29,072 bases of DNA from Pyrinomonadaceae bacterium (GTDB lineage: Bacteria; Acidobacteriota; Blastocatellia; Pyrinomonadales; Pyrinomonadaceae): positions 1 through 29,072 of the forward strand of contig DATFEW010000163.1 of assembly GCA_035250805.1 (NCBI GenBank), written 5' to 3'. Shown here piece by piece: positions 16,145-24,773 of the stretch. Position 1 is the stretch's first letter. Every line of letters starts with the position of its first letter. The position numbers were made by a program, and so were the translations under genes. The notes under the pieces are model-generated. The model did no database searches and was not told the DNA's origin. It saw only the letters and a list, made by a program, of their open reading frames with translations.

Positions 16145-17098
16145 TCAGGAGCCGTTGTTATCAGAATCTTTCGGCTCCCGGTACCAGCGGGGCCCGGCCG
16201 CGTACTCCCGGTCGGTCGGCCTCAGTCGATTCAGCGAACGCTTTGGATCGATATGCGCGCATGCTACGTGGATGGCGCTGATCAGCGCGGTGGGTGCTAC
16301 ATAGGAATTTAGAAATGAAGGGCTGACCACCGAGGCGATAAGGTGAGAGTCGCAATAGCGCGCTATCGGCGTCGAATCGCTGTCAGTGATACCAAAGGTT
16401 GGCACGCCTTGTTTTTTTGCCTGAAGCACGGCCTCTACGGTATCCCTGAGACACTGGCCGAAACTGATAGCTATCAGAACGTCCTTCGATGTCAGAACTT
16501 CGACTTTGTATTGCAGGGATCCCGTGCTTCCGACCGGCGCCTCGGCGTCGAAACCAAGACTCGAAAGTCCGTAGGCCAGACATGTAGCAAGCGAAGATGC
16601 GAAATCTATTCCTATGACAAGAACTCGCCGCGAGCGCTTGATGGCTTTCGCAAGTTCGATCACGCGCGGCCGGTCAAGCTCAGATTTCAACGCGTTTAGA
16701 TTCTCCAGTGATTTGTCCAGGGCGTGATCGACATGATCGGCGACGCTGCGCTTTTCCTTCGTTGCGGCCTTCAATGCCGCATAAGGTGTGATCCGCGCGA
16801 CGAAATGCTGGCGAAGGTCGGCAGCAAAGTCGGCATAGCTTTCGTAACCCATCACCTGGGTTGCCCGCAGGATGGTGCTGGCGTCGACGTTGTACCGTTT
16901 CGCGAGCTCTCGCGAGGAGAGAAAATAAGTCTCGTCAGCGGAATCAAAAATGGCGCGGACCAGCTGCCAGCGGCGTGGATTAAGCCGGGATTGAGCCTCG
17001 GCAAAGCGGGTTTCCAGCGCGGTCGGCGGGATCTTTCCATCTGCTTCGAGTAGGCCGCGGGAATTTCGTGGTCTCTTGCGCGAAATGGAGCTCATCAA
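16145..17098 (-). CDS. MurR/RpiR family transcriptional regulator (HTH + SIS domain)
   Basis: FLSSRELAKRYNVDASTILRATQVMGYESYADF is the RpiR HTH. VLVIG…LAYGL…DVLIAISF…T…AK…GVPTFGITDS…PIARYCD is the SIS domain. Confidence 0.88.
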   Translation of the reverse strand: MMSSISRKRPRNSRGLLEADGKIPPTALETRFAEAQSRLNPRRWQLVRAIFDSADETYFLSSRELAKRYNVDASTILRATQVMGYESYADFAADLRQHFVARITPYAALKAATKEKRSVADHVDHALDKSLENLNALKSELDRPRVIELAKAIKRSRRVLVIGIDFASSLATCLAYGLSSLGFDAEAPVGSTGSLQYKVEVLTSKDVLIAISFGQCLRDTVEAVLQAKKQGVPTFGITDSDSTPIARYCDSHLIASVVSPSFLNSYVAPTALISAIHVACAHIDPKRSLNRLRPTDREYAAGPRWYREPKDSDNNGS

Positions 17099-17110
17099 TT
17101 TCTACCTCCG

Positions 17111-18283
17111 CTACATTTTGCCGTTTCGTTCAATTCGCTCCAGGGCCTGTGTGTTCGCCTCAATATGATCGAGATCTACCTTGAATCCCAAACCCGGTTT
17201 TAGGGGAACGTCCACCGTGCCTTTATCAGAAACACTCACTTCCGGCTCGATCACATCTTTGGAAAAATAACGAGAGCTTGCGGAGATGTCGCCCGGGAGC
17301 GTGAACCCGGGCAAACTTGCAAGTGCGATGTTATGTGCGCGCCCGACACCTGATTCGAGCATGCCGCCGCACCAGACAGGTACGTTTCTCGAATGACACA
17401 GATCGTGGATCGCCAATGCCTGCGAGTAGCCGCCTACCCTTCCGATCTTGATATTGATCATCCTGCAGCTTTCCATATGGAGTGCCTGCTCGGCTCGTCG
17501 TAAACCAGTGATGCTTTCATCCAGGCAGATCGGTGTCCGCATCTTCGATTGAAGTTCTGCATGATCGATCAGGTCGTCATGATCGAGGGGCTGCTCGAGC
17601 ATAAGAAGCTCAAGTTCGTCAAGCCCCAGCAGATGATCGGCGTCGCCGATCGTGTAAGCCGAGTTTGCATCGACCGAAAGTAAGATATCAGGATGTCGCT
17701 GCCGCACCTCTCTGACAATATCCACATCCCAACCGGGTTTGATCTTGAGCTTGATCCGTTGATAACCCAGTCCCAGGTACAGGTCGATGCGTCTCAGTAA
17801 TTGATCAAGCGAAGGTTGGATCCCGAGGCTCACTCCTACCGGAACACTCTCGCGCGTACCTTCGATCAACTCGGATAAGGACTTACCCTCCACCCGCGCG
17901 AGAAGATCCATATAAGCGAGTTCCAATCCGGCCTTGGCCATATTGTGTCCGCGAAACTGTGCGAACCGTCCTGCGAGGTCATCAAGATCTTCGATCGGAC
18001 GCGACAGGACAGCGGGTGCCAAATGGTCTTGAATGACTCGGTGGGCAGTGCCGACGGTTTCGTAGCTGTAGCGCGGTTCTTCCTCCGCGACGACCTCGCC
18101 CCACCCGGTAAACCCTTCGCCGTCAAGTCTGACAAGAAAGATCAACCGCGAGTCGATCCGGCCAAAACTTGTTTCAAATGGTTCAATCAATGGAAGGCGG
18201 ACAAGGCGGATCTCGGCTCGTTCGATCTCGACCGTTCTCGCTGCAAATGATCGGCTGTTCACAATTTTGGAGGATGGCTGCAC
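17111..18283 (-). CDS. menC: N-succinylamino-acid racemase / o-succinylbenzoate synthase (NSAR/OSBS, enolase superfamily)
   Basis: PFETSFG, KLKIKPG (KxK), DANSAY, EQPL, DESI, NIKIGRVGG, WCGGMLESGVGRAHN, PGDISASSRYF. There are no men genes nearby and a GNAT is in the operon, which favours the racemase role over menaquinone synthesis. Confidence 0.88.
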   Translation of the reverse strand: MQPSSKIVNSRSFAARTVEIERAEIRLVRLPLIEPFETSFGRIDSRLIFLVRLDGEGFTGWGEVVAEEEPRYSYETVGTAHRVIQDHLAPAVLSRPIEDLDDLAGRFAQFRGHNMAKAGLELAYMDLLARVEGKSLSELIEGTRESVPVGVSLGIQPSLDQLLRRIDLYLGLGYQRIKLKIKPGWDVDIVREVRQRHPDILLSVDANSAYTIGDADHLLGLDELELLMLEQPLDHDDLIDHAELQSKMRTPICLDESITGLRRAEQALHMESCRMINIKIGRVGGYSQALAIHDLCHSRNVPVWCGGMLESGVGRAHNIALASLPGFTLPGDISASSRYFSKDVIEPEVSVSDKGTVDVPLKPGLGFKVDLDHIEANTQALERIERNGKM

Positions 18284-18335
18284 GACCGATAAGATAGCAA
18301 ATCAAAACCTGCGAGGCAAGAAAGAATGCAGTATG

Positions 18336-18361
18336 TGTTGCACTATTGACATTGTGCAACA
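18336..18361. promoter_or_regulatory. Inverted repeat (candidate RpiR operator) enclosing a TTGACA -35 hexamer in the divergent promoter region
   Basis: TGTTGCAC-N10-GTGCAACA perfect 8-bp arms. The spacer contains TTGACA (18346-18351). Imperfect -10 TAAATA at 18369. Confidence 0.5.
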
Positions 18362-18438
18362 TTTGCGGTAAATATCGTCTGTCAGTTTAAACGATCCCCA
18401 ACCGATCAATAAATAACAAGGTTATTTTCTATCTTACT

Positions 18439-19968
18439 ATGCGACAACGAATGCTTGGCTTGGCCACCTTTACGCTCCTTTTCCTGCTGCTCTCGCAACT
18501 TGTACACGGACAACTAAACGGATTCGACGAATACGTCACCAAAGCTATGCGCGATTGGGAGGTTCCGGGCATCGCAATAGCAGTTATTAAGGACGATAAG
18601 ATCGTGCTTGCCAAGGGGTATGGAGTAAGACAGCTTGGTGCAGAAGCGCCGGTCGACGAGCGGACGCTGTTCGCTATCGGATCCTCGTCGAAGGCATTTA
18701 CCGCAGCGGGACTTGCGATGCTTGTGGATGAAGGCAAGATCAAATGGGACGATCCGGCGGTCAAACATTTACCGGGCTTCGAAATGTTCGATCCCTATGT
18801 CACCCGCGAATTAAGGATCCGTGATCTTTTGACACATCGCAGCGGTCTGGAACGTGGGGATTTTCTTTGGTACGGGTCGGAGCTAGACCGCGATGAGATC
18901 CTGCGGCGCACCCGCTATCTGAAACCCACCTGGAGCCTTCGGAGCAATTTCGGTTATCAAAATCTTATGTACCTTGCCGCGGGACAGGTCGCCGCGAAGG
19001 CAACAGGGAAAAGCTGGGACGAATTCATAAAAAGCCGAATTTTTACCCCCCTGGGCATGACCGCGAGCAACACGAGCATCAAAGATTTTAAGAATGGAGA
19101 TAATGTTGCGACGCCGCACGCCTCGGTCGAGGATAAGGTCCAGCCGATCGCCTGGCGTAACATCGACAATATTGCGCCGGCGGGTTCAATAAATTCGAAT
19201 GTCCTGGACATGGCCCAATGGGTTCGTCTGCAGCTTGGACAGGGCACCTTTGAGGGTAAGAAACTCATCAGTCCCGCTGCGATGAGGGAGATGCATATGC
19301 CGCAGACTGTTATGCGGCTAGAGGGTGCGTATACGATGTTCTATCCCGAGGCGCACTTTCTTACTTATGGGCTCGGGTGGTTCATGCATGACTACAAAGG
19401 CAAGAAGGTCGTCGAGCACGGTGGAGCGATCGATGGCATGCGTGCCGGGGTGGCGATGATACCGGAGGAAAAACTTGGTGTCGTCATTTTGACAAACATG
19501 AACGGCTCGCTGCTTCCCATACCGCTCATGTTCAAGGTATTTGATGCCTATCTGGGCGGCACCCAAAAAGATTGGAGCGCGGATATGCTCAAAGCGCTCA
19601 AACCATTGCAGGAACAGGGAAAGGCGGCCGAAAAGAAAGCGGAATCGGAACGCGTCATGGGTACCAATCCGTCACTGGCGCTTGAGAAGTATGCAGGCAC
19701 CTATAAGAACGATCTGTACGGTGAGGTTAAAATAAATAACGAAGGCGGCAAATTAAATATTAACTTTGGCCCGGCGTTTAAGAGCGACCTTCAGCATTGG
19801 CATTACGACACCTTTAGAGCACAGTTCAATGGACCGGTCGCCTCGAAGGTACTTGTTGCGTTTGGGCTAAATCCGCAGGGAAAAGCAGATACGGTAACGT
19901 TAGGTTTATTTTCGGACTATCCATTCAAGCGTGTCCCGGATCCACCGCTTGCGAAGGCTGCACAATAG
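18439..19968 (+). CDS. Secreted beta-lactamase-family serine hydrolase (D-peptidase/AmpC-like) with DUF3471-like C-terminal domain
   Basis: SxxK (GSSSKAF), LLTHRSG, YQN, EHGG. C-terminal LEKYAGTYKN…YG. Signal peptide ending LVHG|Q. Confidence 0.88.
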   Translation: MRQRMLGLATFTLLFLLLSQLVHGQLNGFDEYVTKAMRDWEVPGIAIAVIKDDKIVLAKGYGVRQLGAEAPVDERTLFAIGSSSKAFTAAGLAMLVDEGKIKWDDPAVKHLPGFEMFDPYVTRELRIRDLLTHRSGLERGDFLWYGSELDRDEILRRTRYLKPTWSLRSNFGYQNLMYLAAGQVAAKATGKSWDEFIKSRIFTPLGMTASNTSIKDFKNGDNVATPHASVEDKVQPIAWRNIDNIAPAGSINSNVLDMAQWVRLQLGQGTFEGKKLISPAAMREMHMPQTVMRLEGAYTMFYPEAHFLTYGLGWFMHDYKGKKVVEHGGAIDGMRAGVAMIPEEKLGVVILTNMNGSLLPIPLMFKVFDAYLGGTQKDWSADMLKALKPLQEQGKAAEKKAESERVMGTNPSLALEKYAGTYKNDLYGEVKINNEGGKLNINFGPAFKSDLQHWHYDTFRAQFNGPVASKVLVAFGLNPQGKADTVTLGLFSDYPFKRVPDPPLAKAAQ

Positions 19969-20031
19969 AGTTTGGGCATCAGGATCTTTAGACTATTTCA
20001 AATAATTTTCTTGAGGAAAGGAGCATTAGTT

Positions 20032-23000
20032 ATGAAAGCGTTACATTGTCGATTTCTCGTTGATCTTGGAGGGGCAGCGGGAAAGGCTGCGCGAAGCAGA
20101 TATTCCTCTTCGCTGATAATCCTTTCCTTAATGCTCGTTTTTGCTTCGGCCTCGAGTGCCCAGACGACAACGTCTACAATTCAGGGCGTAGTCACCGATG
20201 CGAACGGAGCTATCGTAGCCGGTGCAACCGTTAAGGTAACGAGTCCGGTTCTCGGGTCTGAGCGAACGGTCACGACCGACCAGGAGGGCTTGTATCGGAT
20301 CGCGGCACTGCCGGCCGGAACCTACACGGTTACGGTTACCGGGAAGGGATTCGGTGAGAAAGTCGCAACAATCGAACTTACGCTGAACCGAGTGGCGACA
20401 TATGATGTACAGCTTGCGGTAGGAGCCGTGGGCGGTAACGTCGTCGAAGTCACTGACGCTCTGCCCCTGCTTGAACCGAATACATCCTCTACTGGTTCTA
20501 CGATCACACCAAAACAGATCCAGGATCTACCAGTCAGCGGACGCGACTATCTCGATCTGATGCAGCTTGTTCCGGGCGTTGCCATAAATCGGCAATCTTC
20601 CGGCGACAACGCAAACCCGGTGCTCGGCGAACGCAGCGGCAACAATAATTTTTTCATTGACGGACAGCCGAACAAAGACACCGTAAACGGCGGACCGGCG
20701 GCGCAGTTCAATCAGGAAACTATCGCAGAATTTCAGGTTCTGACGACCGGTTATAAAGCCGAGTTCGGACAGGCGTCTGGGGCGATCATAAATGTTATAT
20801 CGCGCAGCGGCGGAAACCAGTTCCACGGAGTGGGCTCATACTTCCACCGCAACGACGCACTCGATTCGAGCAATTCGCTGGATCCAGCGGTTACTGAGGC
20901 GCCGGAGCTGAGTAGACACGACTACAGCTTGGCGTTAGGCGGCCCTATTTGGAAAGACAAGATCTTCTTCTTTGGCTCGATGGAGCGGATAACTGAGGAC
21001 CGCGGGGTTAACTTTACTTTCCCGCAGAATTTGCCGCCAGTGCTTGCTGATCTTATTCACGCTCAGGAGGATCCGTTTGACGGGCCCCAGATGTCGCGCG
21101 AGACCCGAGCCTTTCTTAAATTTAACCAGCACTTCGGAAATCATCAGTTGGTTCAGGAAATGAACTACACGAATGAACACATCACCGGCCAAGGTGTTGG
21201 TTTTCCGTCGAGCCGGACCAACTCAAGTGGACGAAGGTTAATGTTAGCTTTTGGCGATACGATGCTGTTGGGAGATCAGGCCAATCCGTGGATAACTACG
21301 CTCCGCGCCGCGTTTCGAGACGAGCCGTCCGCGCAAGGGCCTACGAATCCTGACATAGTAGGAGCCATCGTATTCGTACCTTTTACCGCGACCGTCCAAT
21401 TGCCGCCTTTTAACTTTTCTAATCTACCGGTCGCCGGGGATCTGGGCATCCTTCAATTTGGTAGTGCTGCAACTCCGTCCCATCTAACGCAGAACTACAG
21501 TTCGTTTGGGGCAAACACCAACAAACTTTTTGGCGATCACGACATAAAGTTCGGGTGGCAGTACCTGCGAACCAAAGTTGACGGTATCGATTCCTCAACG
21601 TTGGCAATACAGCGGTACACTACGGTTGCCGACTATGTAAATTTCGGGCCTCAAAACAGCGGCGTCATGTTAATTGGTGAGAGCGGCGCTCCAACACCGG
21701 AGGCGGGTGAGATCCATTTGCTAAATCACTATAATGGCCTTTATGTGCAGGACGACTGGAAAATCCGCAAGAACCTGACGATCAATCTTGGCCTGCGCTG
21801 GGACCACGATTCCGAGTTCGAAGCAAATACCAACTTTTCGCCGCGGCTGGGTGTCGCGTGGGCGGTAACGCCGAAAACCGTTATACGCGCTCATTTCGGA
21901 AAATTTTATGATCAGTTCCGTCTTGGGCTTGTGCGCCAGGTTCCCGCTTTCGGGGGCAGCGACAACAGATTTGTTCAATCTATTTATTTACCGAGAGGGT
22001 TTTACGGTTCACCGAATATCGTTACAAATCTTGCCTGGTTGAGCGGTCTTCCAGGTCCGTGTGTTTCCAATACGCTGACTGATGCCCAAATTGCCGCTAA
22101 CCCCGGAACTCCTCAAACTACATGCCCCTTTGGCCTTCCCATCGTGGGTGTTGACCGGCTCAACCGGGTTGTTGCTCCCAACCACGCGGTAATTCCCGCT
22201 AATACGCCGTTCAACAGAGATAACATTCAGGACCTTTCTGGTCTGTCGCCGGAAGATTGGCTTGTACAAGCAGCCGCAGCCATCGGGATGCCCGCAGGCT
22301 ATTTTAATTGGGGGGCGTTCGGGATGTTGAATAACCCGATCATTCCTCCGCGACAATTGCCCACTACGGTTGACAGCACATTCAGGACCCCCCACACGAT
22401 CGGATTCAGCGTAGGTGTCCAGCGCGAATTGACGCCTGACATGGTGCTCGCGGTGGATTACCATCACCGCGAAATGAAAAATCTGCTTGGCATCCGGACA
22501 AGTAATCTAGCATTTGAGTCCCGCGTTCTCGGCAGGCGCTTCTTACCCCCAAATACTACGGGAGAGATCCAGACATTCGGCCCGTTCTTTGAGGGCCGGT
22601 ATGATGCGTTGGTCGCGAGCTTCAATAAGCGGCTAAGCAATCGCTATATGTTGGGCGCGAATTACACGTGGGCGAGCGCCACTGACAATTCTCGCGGTAT
22701 CTTCACCACCCCATCTGATAACTTTATTGGGACTGTGCCGCTAGTTACCGATCCGGGAAGGGTCGCTACCGCGACGACTCCCGCCTGCCCGAGTCAAAAC
22801 AACCAGAACGCACCGTTTACCGCTTGTAATGGTAAATTCGTGGCACAAGCGGGAACATTTCTGAACGGCCCTGATCTGGACAAGGGGCCGTCGAGTTTGG
22901 CACTTAGTCACATATTTCAGGTCTTTGGTCTGGTGGACCTTCCATGGCAATTTCAGATCAGCGGGATCTTTCGGGCACAAAGCGGATTTCGCTTCAGCCG

Positions 23001-23298
23001 ACAGGACTTGACGCAGGACGCTGACGGAAACAGCAATTTCAATGGCGTCGATGTAATTGCAGGAAGAAATGCATTTACGGCGGAGCCGTTTATTAATACC
23101 GATATTCGGTTTTCGAAGCGATTCAACCTCGGCGAACGCGTAAAGCTGCAGGTCTTGCTTGAGTTCTTCAATCTTTTCAATCGTCAAAACCCGGCCCAGG
23201 CACAAGGTCTTGACACTGTGCCGGCTCAACCTTTTGGATCGACACTTCAGGTGTTGCCGGGAAGAGAGGGACAGATCGGATTTAGAATTGAGTTTTAG
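20032..23298 (+). CDS. TonB-dependent receptor 3 with N-terminal carboxypeptidase-regulatory-like domain
   Basis: ATG 20032 follows AAAGGAG; the ORF track starts at 19972. Motifs GVVTDANGAIVAGA, LPVSGRDYLDLMQLVPG, ETIAEFQV, AEFGQASG, YVQDDWKIRKNLTINLGLRWD, NFSPRLGVAW, LEFFNLFN. C-terminal FRIEF. Confidence 0.92.
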   Translation: MKALHCRFLVDLGGAAGKAARSRYSSSLIILSLMLVFASASSAQTTTSTIQGVVTDANGAIVAGATVKVTSPVLGSERTVTTDQEGLYRIAALPAGTYTVTVTGKGFGEKVATIELTLNRVATYDVQLAVGAVGGNVVEVTDALPLLEPNTSSTGSTITPKQIQDLPVSGRDYLDLMQLVPGVAINRQSSGDNANPVLGERSGNNNFFIDGQPNKDTVNGGPAAQFNQETIAEFQVLTTGYKAEFGQASGAIINVISRSGGNQFHGVGSYFHRNDALDSSNSLDPAVTEAPELSRHDYSLALGGPIWKDKIFFFGSMERITEDRGVNFTFPQNLPPVLADLIHAQEDPFDGPQMSRETRAFLKFNQHFGNHQLVQEMNYTNEHITGQGVGFPSSRTNSSGRRLMLAFGDTMLLGDQANPWITTLRAAFRDEPSAQGPTNPDIVGAIVFVPFTATVQLPPFNFSNLPVAGDLGILQFGSAATPSHLTQNYSSFGANTNKLFGDHDIKFGWQYLRTKVDGIDSSTLAIQRYTTVADYVNFGPQNSGVMLIGESGAPTPEAGEIHLLNHYNGLYVQDDWKIRKNLTINLGLRWDHDSEFEANTNFSPRLGVAWAVTPKTVIRAHFGKFYDQFRLGLVRQVPAFGGSDNRFVQSIYLPRGFYGSPNIVTNLAWLSGLPGPCVSNTLTDAQIAANPGTPQTTCPFGLPIVGVDRLNRVVAPNHAVIPANTPFNRDNIQDLSGLSPEDWLVQAAAAIGMPAGYFNWGAFGMLNNPIIPPRQLPTTVDSTFRTPHTIGFSVGVQRELTPDMVLAVDYHHREMKNLLGIRTSNLAFESRVLGRRFLPPNTTGEIQTFGPFFEGRYDALVASFNKRLSNRYMLGANYTWASATDNSRGIFTTPSDNFIGTVPLVTDPGRVATATTPACPSQNNQNAPFTACNGKFVAQAGTFLNGPDLDKGPSSLALSHIFQVFGLVDLPWQFQISGIFRAQSGFRFSRQDLTQDADGNSNFNGVDVIAGRNAFTAEPFINTDIRFSKRFNLGERVKLQVLLEFFNLFNRQNPAQAQGLDTVPAQPFGSTLQVLPGREGQIGFRIEF

Positions 23299-23317
23299 CT
23301 TTGCCTGTCAGAACGGC

Positions 23318-23362
23318 CTGCGATCCGCTCTCGTTTTTGGAGATGCGGATCGCAGTTATTTT
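23318..23362 (+). terminator. Strong hairpin (terminator or mRNA-stabilising stem) between receptor 3 and the next hydrolase
   Basis: CTGCGATCCGC (23318-23328) pairs perfectly with GCGGATCGCAG (23345-23355), with an inner TCTC/GAGA stem, followed by TTATTTT. Confidence 0.6.
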
Positions 23363-23379
23363 CAGTAAACGGAGTATTT

Positions 23380-24756
23380 TTGATGAGAATTTCTAGGTTT
23401 GTAATATTTACCGCTTTGTTCGTCTCGTTCGTTCATGTGTCGGTCGCACAGCAGCCGGCACCGCTGGATCCGAGCCAGATCATCCCGAAGATCGAAGAGT
23501 ACATGGGTGCTGTCGAGAAGATCGACCGCTTTAGCGGCACCGTTCTCGTTGCGAAAGATGGAAAGCCGATCTTTAGCAAAGGGTACGGAATGGCTAATAA
23601 GGAATGGGACATTCCTAATTCGCCGCAGACCGCCTTTCGTCTTGGCTCGATCACAAAACAGTTTACGTCGGCGGCGATAATGCTTCTGCAGGAGCGCGGC
23701 AAGCTCAATACAGCCGATCCGGTTTGCAAGTACGTTGCAGAATGCCCGGCGACCTGGGAACCGATCACTATCCGTCACCTGCTGACCCACACCTCGGGAA
23801 TCGCAAATTACACGGATTCGCCTGACTTCGCAAAAAAGGCAATTCTGCCGATCTCGGTCAATGACCTGCTAGCCGACTACAAAAGCAAACCGCTCGATTT
23901 TGCTCCGGGTGAGAAATTTAACTATAGCAATTCCGGTTATCACCTACTTGGCGTGATCGTAGAAAAGGCATCTGGTCAGTCGTACAAAGACTTCCTACAG
24001 GAGAACATTTTCACGCCGCTGGGTCTTAAGGACACGGGCTACGATAGCCACCAGAACATCATTAAGCGCCGTGCGGCCGGATACAAGCGAAACGGCGACG
24101 GCTTCGTCAACGCTGCGTATATGGACATGCTGATACCTTATGCGGCGGGCGCATTGTATTCGACCACGGAAGATCTTCTAAAGTGGGAACAGGCTCTCTA
24201 TACCGAAAAGCTGCTGACGAAGAAATCTCTCGATGAAATGTTTACTCCTTTAAAAGGCACTTACGCATACGGCTGGAATGTGGGTAAGCGTGGGAATCGA
24301 AGGTCGATCTCGCACGGCGGCGGCATCTATGGGTTTGCGACGCAGTTAGCTCGATTTCCTGACGATAAAGTTACGGTCGTGGTATTGAGCAATGTCGAAG
24401 GGGCCTCGGCAGGAGCGGTTGCGAACAATCTTTCGGCGATCGTCTTTGGAGACCCGGTTACGCTGCCGAAGCAACGCACGGCGATCACGCTGCCCGCGCA
24501 GGCCTTTGAAAAATATGTGGGTGACTATCAGCTTCTGCCTGCGGTGGTTCTGACGGTATCGACTGAAGGCGGAAAGATCTTTATGCGGATCACCGGACGC
24601 GAAAATATGGAGCTGTTTCCCGAGACCGAGAAGGACTTTTTTCTCAAGGTCGTCGACGCGCAGCTAAAATTTGAAACCGATGCGTCGGGCAAGGTTACGC
24701 AGCTCATTTTCAAACAAGGCGCCGGCAACGGAATAACCGCTCCCAAGATCAAATAA
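23380..24756 (+). CDS. Secreted beta-lactamase-family serine hydrolase with DUF3471-like C-terminal domain
   Basis: SxxK (GSITKQF), HLLTHTSG, FNYSNSGY, SHGGG. C-terminal FEKYVGDY…ELFPETEKDFF. Signal peptide ending VSVA|Q. Start is TTG 23380 or ATG 23383. Confidence 0.88.
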   Translation: MMRISRFVIFTALFVSFVHVSVAQQPAPLDPSQIIPKIEEYMGAVEKIDRFSGTVLVAKDGKPIFSKGYGMANKEWDIPNSPQTAFRLGSITKQFTSAAIMLLQERGKLNTADPVCKYVAECPATWEPITIRHLLTHTSGIANYTDSPDFAKKAILPISVNDLLADYKSKPLDFAPGEKFNYSNSGYHLLGVIVEKASGQSYKDFLQENIFTPLGLKDTGYDSHQNIIKRRAAGYKRNGDGFVNAAYMDMLIPYAAGALYSTTEDLLKWEQALYTEKLLTKKSLDEMFTPLKGTYAYGWNVGKRGNRRSISHGGGIYGFATQLARFPDDKVTVVVLSNVEGASAGAVANNLSAIVFGDPVTLPKQRTAITLPAQAFEKYVGDYQLLPAVVLTVSTEGGKIFMRITGRENMELFPETEKDFFLKVVDAQLKFETDASGKVTQLIFKQGAGNGITAPKIK

Positions 24757-24773
24757 GTCCGTAGTAAACGTAT

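Noticed and set aside
17111-18283. Reading menC as part of a menaquinone biosynthesis cluster
   Set aside because: No menA/B/D/E/F/H genes are in the window. The GNAT and RpiR context fits the N-succinylamino-acid racemase role. Residual OSBS activity is not excluded.
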